From: a virus
Lineage: Duplodnaviria > Caudoviricetes
IMG/VR virus record: IMGVR_UViG_3300036850_000123
Span: 1 to 30,947 of that record
DNA length: 30,947 nucleotides
Reading direction: 5' to 3' (one strand)
Position numbers and translations under genes: made by a program. The notes beneath the pieces were generated by a model. The model ran no database searches. It saw only the letters and a list, made by a program, of their open reading frames with translations, and had not been told where the DNA came from. Position 1 is the first letter of the stretch, and each line of letters begins with the position of its first letter. Shown piece by piece: positions 6,367-14,475 of this stretch.

Positions 6367-9300
6367 GTGGCACGCGTACGGGGGATGCACGGCGAACGTC
6401 TCGACGCCGCGATCGGGCGGGTCGAGTCGGTAGTGGTGCGTGTCCTGCGTGGTGTCGCCGGCCGGCTTGCCCGCCTGGTCGGCGGCAGCCCCTCCCCGGC
6501 TGCGCTGTCCGACGACGATCTGCAGGTGATCCGCGGCGACTGGGTGGACGCGGTCACGGTCGAAATCGTCCCCGCGGTCGCTGAGGCGTACCGGGAGTCG
6601 GCGGAGGTGTTGGCGAAGGAGTTCGCGGACGCTGGGCGCCCGGTCGAGGTCGTATCCCTGGAAGCGCCAACTGCCGCCGACTTTCTTGACGCGGCAACAA
6701 ACCGGTTGGTTGGGGTTGCCGACACCCTGTGGGAGGTTGCCCGCAAGGAACTCGCCGACGGTGTCCGCGCCGGTGAAGGAATCGAAGAGTTGGCGGCATG
6801 CCTGCAGGAGGCCGGCGGGTTCGGGGAGGCCCGGGCCCGGACGATCGCCCGCACCGAGGTAGTGGCGGCCGCGAACGCCGCGAGTCTCACCCAAGCGCTT
6901 CGGCTCGGCGACCCATCGATGGTCAAGGAGTGGCTCGACTCCGACGACGACCGGGTCCGACAAGCCCATGAGTTCGCGGACCAGCAGACGGTACCGGTCG
7001 GCGAGCCGTTCGAGGTGGGCGGCGAGTTCCTGATGTACCCGGGCCAGCCGATCGGATCGCCATCGAACACCATAAATGAGAGGTGTACGTTGGGGTACTC
7101 CTGGGACGAGGCCGACGCACCTATTACCGCAGCGGCAGAGGTGCACACCGGCGCCATGGTCGCCTTCCGCCCAACCGCAGCCGACGCCAAACGGCTCACG
7201 GTCGAGGATGGCGAACCAGCCGACCAGCTCCACGTCACCCTCGCCTACCTTGGTGAGGCCGCCGACATTCCGCCCGAGGTCCAGCAGACGCTCGTTGACC
7301 GGTTGACCGCTCTGGTCGAGGACGCGGTCCGCCCCGACTATGAGCTTCCGCTCACCGCGGAAGGTTTCGCGATCGACGTGTTCAACCCGCCCAACACTGC
7401 GCGGGATGACGGAAAGGACCGGGACACCTGCATTGTGCTCGGCCTGTCCGGCGACGACCTTGCGGCAGTGCACACCATGGTTGCCGAGACAGTGCGGGAG
7501 GTGTTCGAGGACGCCGGTCTGGCGCTGCCGGATCAGCACCAGCCGTGGATTCCGCATTCGACGCTCATCTATACCGATGATGTGGATTTGGCGCCCAAGC
7601 TCGTCGACCGCACCGGCCCGGTAGCTTTTGACGCCATCCGGGTGGCGTTCGGCGGCGAAAACACCGACATTCCGCTCACGCCTGTCGCACCCACCGTTGC
7701 CGCGGCGGACAGTGCAGGTGACGACGCATCGTCGGCGCAGCCGGCCCACGTCGGCGGAGTCGACCTCGCCGACTCCGGCCTGCAGGTCGACGGGTGGGGC
7801 GACGGCACGTTCTCGATCACCGACCCGGACGGTGGCGGACTCTGGCTGGACGAAGACGAAGCCAACGATCTGATCGACGCCCTCAACCAGGTGCGCTCTG
7901 GCGGCTCGGCCACCACGGTCAACGCCGTCGCCGGCGGCTTGGAGGTTGCCCGCGACGACACCGGCCAGATTCTGCTGGTGCCGCAAAACGACTCCGACGG
8001 CTGGACCCTGACCGACGACGACGCCTACGACCTGTCCTACTGGCTGGCGTACTGGCTGGACAAGGGCGGCTACTACTACGACGACGAAGGCGCCGAAGCT
8101 GCGGCGGAGCCTGAGGAGCCGTTGACGGCGGCGCGTCGGCCGTGGGATCCACTGAAGCATCCGCGCGGCCCGGACGGCAGGTTCATCGGCAAGGGCATCG
8201 TTGGCCGCGCCTCAGGTGACACCACGGCGTCGAAGGCGACGCGTCGCACCGAACCGCCGGCGGCCCTGCCCGCGCGGCCGGAAACACCCGACGACCCTCG
8301 GCGCGCCGAACTGTCCCGGCTACGGGTGGCGGAACTGCGTACCCTGCTGCGCGAACGCGGCGGCAAGCCGGGCCGTTTACGCAAAGCCGAACTAGTCGAT
8401 CGGATCGCCACTGCGGAAACAGCCGAGCCCACGGCGCCAGTTGCGCCAGCAACCCCGACAGCGACGGCCGAGACGCCAACGGTCCAGGAGCGGTTCGGGC
8501 GGGCCGCCACCGGCCAGCAGGCGCTCGACGCCGCCGGAGTCCGGCTTGACAGCACCGCCGGGACCGGGGCGTACGACGGCACGCCGGCCTCGATCGTGTG
8601 GCAGCACGGCAGCGCCGAAGATTGGACGCCCCAGGAAGCAGATCAACACGGCGCTGTCCTGGAGGGCTATCGCGGTGCCGACTTCAGGCACATCAACTTG
8701 CGGCTGCGCGGCACCATGTCGCAACGCACCATCGATACGGTCGGCGGCGACGACCCAGACGCTTTTCTGAGCGGCCTCGACGTGAAGGTCGCGTCGATCG
8801 ACGACGTGATGGACCGATCCCGAACCGACCAGGACGCCGTGGCGTGGCGTGGCACGTTCAGCGGCCGGGGCGTCTTCGGCGACGCCATTAAAGGCGACCT
8901 GACTGGACGGGAGTGGACTGAGGACGCCTTCGTTTCCACGTCCGCGTCAGAGGACATGGCGGCCGAAGGGTTCGCGCGCGGCCATGGGCTGCTGATGCGG
9001 ATCCTCATCCCGTCCGGCACGGGTGCGGTTGCGATGTCGCCGCTCGGCGGCGGGGACGACGATTTGGAAAACGATGAGGCCGAACTGCTGCTTGAGCGTG
9101 GGCTGCGGTTTAGGGTGGTTTCCGACTCGGGGCCCGGCGACGGGATCCGCCGTGTTGATGCGGAGGTGATCGGCGGTGGCCGACCAGGACGATCCGAGGG
9201 CGGGCCTGCGGGCGCGAATGTCGATGGAACCGGAGGACTACCCGCCCCCGAAGGTGGACCCAGCGGACCCCCCGACGGAGCCGGAACTGGACGAGCCGCC

Positions 9301-12300
9301 GTCGAAGGAGACGCCGCCGGCCCGGTAGAACCGCCAGGTGCCCCCGGATCTGCGGAGCGGCTCGCTGCCGCGAAGACGGACATCCGCGACGCGGTCGAGC
9401 AGTTGCGGGTTGAGCCGGATGGCTACGTCATGCTCAACGAGGTCCGCGACATGTTGGGCGGCCGGTACGACCGCGACGACGTTGACCGGGCCCTCATCGA
9501 ACTGAACCGCGACCCGGACGTGCGGATCGTGCCCGAAACCAATCAGAAGGTGTTGACCCAGGCGCAGCGCGACGGAGCCGTCCGCGTCGGCACCCAGGAC
9601 CGGCATCTGATCACCCTCCTACCACCGGAGAATCCGACCACCGACGGACAGAAACGCACCAGCGCGCTTGAAGACGAGCTGCGGGAAGCCGAAGCCTCCG
9701 GCGAAACTGCCCGGGTACGCCAGATCCGCGCCGAGTTGGACCGGCGGCAGGCTCGCCGCGACACGCTTGCGCAGCCGGTGGCGGCGACACCAGCGCCGGT
9801 CGCCGCGCAGGTAGCGACAGACGTAGCCGGGCCGCCCGTTTCCGGGCAGCGGGCCGACGTGCCGTTGACCGGCAACGAATGGGGTCGTGTCATTGACCAG
9901 GATGCGGTTGTCCAGTTCCACCCCGACGGGGAGATCGGCAACGCGATCCGGGCCATGGGCGCCGACGCCCGAATCGATGTGGACGGCCGGCCACTCGGCG
10001 ACGTGTTGGGGATGCTCGCCACCGACGCCGTGGTGGGGCGCAGCACCTCGCAGGAGGTGCTGGACAAGTTGAAGGTTCTCCGCGGCCGGCTCCCCGACGG
10101 CAACGCCCGCCGCCAGTTGGATATCGCGATCGGCGACCTGGACGCCCCGGACACCGCGATCCCGGATGTGCCGGACGGGATACCGGATGCGCTACGGCAG
10201 TTGATGGCCGACCTGCACGCGGTGCCGCTGGTGCGCCGCGACCCCAGCCTGGAGGAGGATCCGCTCGCCGACCTCCTCGCCCAGGTGGCATCCGGACGTC
10301 TGCAGGGTAGCCGCCTGATCGGCGCGCTGCGACGGCTACGGAACCGCCGCCACGAGTCGGTGGAAGGCAAGTTCGAGATCGACCGGGCCATTGACCGCGC
10401 TGTCGCAGCACTTCAGCCGCCTAGGCCTGCTGCGCGTCCGGAGGGTTTCACTGCGGAGGGCCGCATGACCGAAACGGGTACCACGGCTGACATTGAGGCT
10501 GGCGACGACGGCTGGGGCGACTACTTCGCATCCCGGATCGCTGAGTTCGTGGCCTCTGACGAGAAGCTGCGCGAGTACTGGATTCATGGAGAGGGCGCCG
10601 CGAAGATCCGCTGGGGTCAGGACGGTGATTTCACCCGCTGTGTGCGCCAATTGCGACGTTATGTCCGAGATCCCGAGGGACTCTGTGCCTCGTATCACCA
10701 CGAAGCCCTTGGTAAGTGGCCTGCAGAAAAGGACCACGCATCCCTTGCGGTCAGCGCGGATGCCGAGGCCGCCACGGCTGGGCTTGAAGCGCAGCCCGGC
10801 GAGCACTTCCACACGAAGGTGCTTGAGGGCGTCTCCACCGGCATGCGACAGTTCGCACCCGGTGCGATCAGTTGGCGTACCCCGCCGTTCGCGTACCACT
10901 GGCAGTACAAGTCGTCCGCCCACAACGGTGTGCCCGAAACCGTGCAGGTGGGGCTGATCACCCGGGCCGAGCGTGACGGCGACCTGGTCCACTTCTGGGG
11001 TCGGCTGGACCTGCGATCGGCCGAAGGCTTGGACTATGCCCGCCGACTGGTGGAAGGGTTCGCCCGCTGGTCCAGCGTCCGCGCTGACGAATCCGTCAAG
11101 GACCGCGACATCGACGTCGAATACGTCCTCGACGCCGGAACGGGCGAACCGGACGAGGACCCCGAGATTGACCTGATGACGTTCAACCAGTACCGGGTTG
11201 CCGAAATCTCCGGTGTCTCCGTGCCGGCGCTGGCCGACGCCACGGTTGAACCCACCCAGGAACTCATCGACACCCTCGTGGCGATGGGGGTCATCGAACC
11301 AGCGCAGGTGGCCGACGAGCCGCCGGCCGTCGAAGAAGTTCAGGAGGAGCAGGTGCCTGAAAACCTGGCCGACGCTGGCGGCGAAACCAGCGACCTCGCC
11401 GCGGACATCACCACGGTTGTGGTGGCGGCCGGGCACACCATCACTTTGCCGGAGGCGCCCCCAGCCGGATGGTTCGACGAGCCCGCCGACGACGAGCTTC
11501 CGCCGTACGGGTCGGTGCGTGTCGACGCCAACGGCCGCCTTATCGGCTTGCTCGCGCCGGCGCGGGTCAACCACCGCTCTTTCCCCGGCAAGCGGGTCAC
11601 CGTTCCGATGGGCAACGTCGACTACTCGGGCTGGATGAACAAGGCCCGCCAGGTCGCTGAAGGCCACTCCATCAACGTTGGTGTGATCACCATGGACTGC
11701 GGTCACGCCTCCACCAATCCGCAGGACTGGTCGTACAGCCACCGGCGGGAGCACTACGACAACACGTGCTCGATCGCTGCCCACGCCTGCGCCTACGAGA
11801 AGCCCGGCATCGGTGTCGCGTTGGCGGGGGCGATCGTGCCGTGGCTGGACGCGGACGGGTTCGGGAAGCTGCTGTCCTCCGACCTGTCGGGGGATTGGCC
11901 GCCGCACCCGGACCGGCCCGGCTGGCGGGACTTCACCGCCGCCCTCGCCGTACCGGTGGGCGGATTCCCGCACCGGGCCGCTCGGCTACGGATGGCTGAA
12001 GGAACCCTGGTGGCGGCGGCGGTGCCGGTTGCTTTCGACGACGAGACGGAGATCCTGATGGAGGAAATGGAAGACGCTGCGACTGTGCTTGCGGAGGGCA
12101 CGCGGGTGCGGGTGCTCGATCCCCGCGACCCGGAAGTGACCGAAGGGGAGATCGCGGTCGTCCACGATGGCCCCGCCTACGCACTGATGGTGCCCGGCCG
12201 GGACGAGCCGGTCCGCTGGTACGTCGCGGAGGAACTCGAGTCCGCCGACGCCGCTCCCGTCGTGGACGAGATGCCGGTCGAGGAGCTGGTCGCCTCAGTC

Positions 12301-12405
12301 ACGCCGGATCTGCGGCCGGCGCTGGAGCGGGTCGCCAAGTCGGTCGGGCTGGACACGAGGACCCGGATGGACAGCCTCCACGCCCGCGTCCACGCCCGCA
12401 GTTGA
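6367..12405 (+). CDS. giant MuF / capsid maturation protease fusion with 2H phosphoesterase and ADP-ribosyltransferase cargo (2012 aa)
   Basis: MuF (ARTIARTE, KEW....DDRVRQAH, YPG.P..SP.NTINERC); 2H motifs (HVTL 7231, HSTL 7555); SAP/Rho-N-like helices; VIP2-like ART (WRG, FVSTS, EAE); HK97-type protease-like segment (about 10800-11245). AGGAG SD. Confidence 0.85.
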   Translation: MARVRGMHGERLDAAIGRVESVVVRVLRGVAGRLARLVGGSPSPAALSDDDLQVIRGDWVDAVTVEIVPAVAEAYRESAEVLAKEFADAGRPVEVVSLEAPTAADFLDAATNRLVGVADTLWEVARKELADGVRAGEGIEELAACLQEAGGFGEARARTIARTEVVAAANAASLTQALRLGDPSMVKEWLDSDDDRVRQAHEFADQQTVPVGEPFEVGGEFLMYPGQPIGSPSNTINERCTLGYSWDEADAPITAAAEVHTGAMVAFRPTAADAKRLTVEDGEPADQLHVTLAYLGEAADIPPEVQQTLVDRLTALVEDAVRPDYELPLTAEGFAIDVFNPPNTARDDGKDRDTCIVLGLSGDDLAAVHTMVAETVREVFEDAGLALPDQHQPWIPHSTLIYTDDVDLAPKLVDRTGPVAFDAIRVAFGGENTDIPLTPVAPTVAAADSAGDDASSAQPAHVGGVDLADSGLQVDGWGDGTFSITDPDGGGLWLDEDEANDLIDALNQVRSGGSATTVNAVAGGLEVARDDTGQILLVPQNDSDGWTLTDDDAYDLSYWLAYWLDKGGYYYDDEGAEAAAEPEEPLTAARRPWDPLKHPRGPDGRFIGKGIVGRASGDTTASKATRRTEPPAALPARPETPDDPRRAELSRLRVAELRTLLRERGGKPGRLRKAELVDRIATAETAEPTAPVAPATPTATAETPTVQERFGRAATGQQALDAAGVRLDSTAGTGAYDGTPASIVWQHGSAEDWTPQEADQHGAVLEGYRGADFRHINLRLRGTMSQRTIDTVGGDDPDAFLSGLDVKVASIDDVMDRSRTDQDAVAWRGTFSGRGVFGDAIKGDLTGREWTEDAFVSTSASEDMAAEGFARGHGLLMRILIPSGTGAVAMSPLGGGDDDLENDEAELLLERGLRFRVVSDSGPGDGIRRVDAEVIGGGRPGRSEGGPAGANVDGTGGLPAPEGGPSGPPDGAGTGRAAVEGDAAGPVEPPGAPGSAERLAAAKTDIRDAVEQLRVEPDGYVMLNEVRDMLGGRYDRDDVDRALIELNRDPDVRIVPETNQKVLTQAQRDGAVRVGTQDRHLITLLPPENPTTDGQKRTSALEDELREAEASGETARVRQIRAELDRRQARRDTLAQPVAATPAPVAAQVATDVAGPPVSGQRADVPLTGNEWGRVIDQDAVVQFHPDGEIGNAIRAMGADARIDVDGRPLGDVLGMLATDAVVGRSTSQEVLDKLKVLRGRLPDGNARRQLDIAIGDLDAPDTAIPDVPDGIPDALRQLMADLHAVPLVRRDPSLEEDPLADLLAQVASGRLQGSRLIGALRRLRNRRHESVEGKFEIDRAIDRAVAALQPPRPAARPEGFTAEGRMTETGTTADIEAGDDGWGDYFASRIAEFVASDEKLREYWIHGEGAAKIRWGQDGDFTRCVRQLRRYVRDPEGLCASYHHEALGKWPAEKDHASLAVSADAEAATAGLEAQPGEHFHTKVLEGVSTGMRQFAPGAISWRTPPFAYHWQYKSSAHNGVPETVQVGLITRAERDGDLVHFWGRLDLRSAEGLDYARRLVEGFARWSSVRADESVKDRDIDVEYVLDAGTGEPDEDPEIDLMTFNQYRVAEISGVSVPALADATVEPTQELIDTLVAMGVIEPAQVADEPPAVEEVQEEQVPENLADAGGETSDLAADITTVVVAAGHTITLPEAPPAGWFDEPADDELPPYGSVRVDANGRLIGLLAPARVNHRSFPGKRVTVPMGNVDYSGWMNKARQVAEGHSINVGVITMDCGHASTNPQDWSYSHRREHYDNTCSIAAHACAYEKPGIGVALAGAIVPWLDADGFGKLLSSDLSGDWPPHPDRPGWRDFTAALAVPVGGFPHRAARLRMAEGTLVAAAVPVAFDDETEILMEEMEDAATVLAEGTRVRVLDPRDPEVTEGEIAVVHDGPAYALMVPGRDEPVRWYVAEELESADAAPVVDEMPVEELVASVTPDLRPALERVAKSVGLDTRTRMDSLHARVHARS

Positions 12406-12407
12406 TC

Positions 12408-12443
12408 GACCGTTGTCTTCGTTGGCCGGTGGTGTTCTAGCCT
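12408..12443 (+). promoter_or_regulatory. phage promoter-like motif copy 3: GACCGTTGTC-N20-TAGCCT
   Basis: Lies immediately after the polyprotein stop and upstream of the micro-ORF and capsid gene; same spacing as the other copies. Confidence 0.7.
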
Positions 12444-12455
12444 GCCGGCCAACGA
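12419..12455. repeat. 11-bp perfect inverted repeat flanking the -10 box
   Basis: TCGTTGGCCGG (12419-12429) and CCGGCCAACGA (12445-12455). Confidence 0.75.
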
Positions 12456-12474
12456 CGAAACGGAGGTGATTCAC

Positions 12475-12540
12475 ATGTGCGCGTGTGGACGACAGCCGGC
12501 ACCGCCGCCTCCCCCGCCGCCGCCCGCCGAGGGCGACTGA
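12475..12540 (+). CDS. 21-aa micro-protein MCACGRQPAPPPPPPPPAEGD
   Basis: Very strong SD GGAGGTGAT at 12462-12470, with promoter copy 3 upstream. It sits in the position where related phages have small 'MxCxCG' genes. Confidence 0.65.
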   Translation: MCACGRQPAPPPPPPPPAEGD

Positions 12541-12683
12541 ACCACCCCTGTACTACCGCGCCAGTCGTACCTGGCTGGCGCGATCCGAAAACACCATCTA
12601 CCCTTCCGCACGACTGCTGATCAAGCTGGGCCGCCGGAATCAGCGCCGTGAACCACTCACGAGCGCTATACGGGGGCCCACAC

Positions 12684-14417
12684 GTGTCTGAGGACGCATT
12701 CCGACTGCCGGAGGACCTCACCGGCATCTCCGACGAAGAGCTGGCGTCGCTCCACGAGCGGGCCGCAACCGAGTTCGACGCCATCTACAACGCTGAGGGC
12801 GGCGCCACCGCCGACAGCCTCGCCCGTGCCACCGAACTCGCCGACGCGATCGAAACGCTGTCCGGTGAGCGGACGACCCGCGCCGAGGCGGCGAAGGCGA
12901 CCGCGGACCAACTGGAGGCGCTACGCGGCCGGGTGCAGGCGACCCAGGCGCAGCCCGACCCGGAGCCGGCCGACGAACCCGAGTCGGCGGCGGAGCCCGA
13001 GGTCGCCGAGGCGGCGCCGGAGCCGGCGCTGGTCGCCGACGCCAGGCCAAAAACCGACGTCCGGGACGTCATCAAGTCGAACCGTCCGCAGCTGAACGTG
13101 CGCCTGTCCGACGCGGCCGCGGTCGCACCGGACCCGAAGGTCCCGGACAACCGTGCCGCCGACCTCGTCATCACCGCCGCCGCCGCAACCTCCGGCTACC
13201 CGATCGGGCAGCGGATCGGAGACGTGGGCGCGCTGGCGAAGTTCATCACCCAGCAGTCCCGCAGCCTGTCGGTGACAAACGGCAACCCTTCCTACACGCC
13301 GTTCGCGACGATCCAGCGTGAGTACCCGAACGTGCTCGGCGAGAACACCCACCCGTCCGAGGTGGAACGGGTGCTGAAGGAGTTGACCCGCCCCGACATT
13401 CTCGTGGCGGCGGGCGGCTGGTGCGCACCCTCGGAGATCCGGTACGAGTTCTTCGACATCGCCTGCCAGGAGCGGACCGCGGTCATCGACCTGCCGACCA
13501 TCGGCATCGACCGTGGCGGTGTCCGCTGGCCCACGTCGCCGTCGCTGGCCGACGTGTTCGTGTCCCCGGCCGCGTTCGCCCCGTTCGGGGCGACGTTCAA
13601 CGTCGCGTCGGTGCCGTGGGTGTGGACGGAGGCCGACGACATCGCGGCGGTCACCGGTTCGCCGACCAAACCGTGTATCCGGGTGCCCTGCGCCGACTTT
13701 GAAGAGGCGCGGCTGGAGTGCTTCGGGTACTGCGTGACGGCCGGGAACCTGGCCGACAATGCTTTCCCCGAGGCGACCGCGAACTTCCTGCGGCTGGTGA
13801 TGGCGGCACAGATCCGCGCCGAAAACTTCCGCTACATCGCCCAGATGATTTCCGCGTCGACGAACGTCGGCGGGATCGGCTCGGCTGGCGCGGGTACCAC
13901 CGCTCCGCTGCTGGGTACGGTCGAGCTCGCCGCGATCGACTACCGCACCAAGTACGGCATGTGCGACGACGACGTCCTCGAGGTTGTTCTGCCGACGTGG
14001 GCGCGTGGTGTGGTCCGCGCGGATCTGGCGAAGCGGACCGGGCTGGCGATGTTCGACGTCACCGACGCGATGATCGCCAGTTGGTTCGATGTCCGTTCGG
14101 TGCGGGTCCAGTTCGTCGGCGAGTACCAGGTCCGCGGCTCTGGCCTGCCGGGTCAGGCGTCGGCGATCACGGCGTGGCCGACCACGATCGAATTCATGAT
14201 CTACGCCGCTGGCACGTTCGTGCGCGGCGACGGCATGAGCCTCGACCTGGGTGTGGTGCGTGATTCGACGCTCAACGCCACGAACGACCACACGGCGGCG
14301 TGGACCGAGTCGTGCCACCTGATCGCGAAGTTCGGTCACGAGTCCCGCCGCTACCAGGTGGCGATCTGCACCGACGGCACCACCGGCGCCGCTGACCTGA
14401 CCGCCTGCGGCGTCTAG
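12684..14417 (+). CDS. major capsid protein (hexamer type) with N-terminal scaffold-like domain
   Basis: N-terminal coiled-coil and acidic linker, followed by 'LVAAGGWCAPSE..Y' and 'LDLGVVRDSTLNATNDHTAAW.E', typical of cluster-B-like capsids. Likely start is GTG 12684. Confidence 0.88.
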   Translation: MSEDAFRLPEDLTGISDEELASLHERAATEFDAIYNAEGGATADSLARATELADAIETLSGERTTRAEAAKATADQLEALRGRVQATQAQPDPEPADEPESAAEPEVAEAAPEPALVADARPKTDVRDVIKSNRPQLNVRLSDAAAVAPDPKVPDNRAADLVITAAAATSGYPIGQRIGDVGALAKFITQQSRSLSVTNGNPSYTPFATIQREYPNVLGENTHPSEVERVLKELTRPDILVAAGGWCAPSEIRYEFFDIACQERTAVIDLPTIGIDRGGVRWPTSPSLADVFVSPAAFAPFGATFNVASVPWVWTEADDIAAVTGSPTKPCIRVPCADFEEARLECFGYCVTAGNLADNAFPEATANFLRLVMAAQIRAENFRYIAQMISASTNVGGIGSAGAGTTAPLLGTVELAAIDYRTKYGMCDDDVLEVVLPTWARGVVRADLAKRTGLAMFDVTDAMIASWFDVRSVRVQFVGEYQVRGSGLPGQASAITAWPTTIEFMIYAAGTFVRGDGMSLDLGVVRDSTLNATNDHTAAWTESCHLIAKFGHESRRYQVAICTDGTTGAADLTACGV

Positions 14418-14475
14418 CAACAGCCGCGTTCAGGCAGCCGGGGTTTTGACGATTCATGGACGGGGGTGACACGGG

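Noticed and set aside
6268-8160. Long minus-strand ORFs (also 3184-4344, 10336-11973, 12921-14420, 25768-27619)
   Set aside because: These are antisense shadows of GC3-biased + strand genes, with no recognisable motifs.
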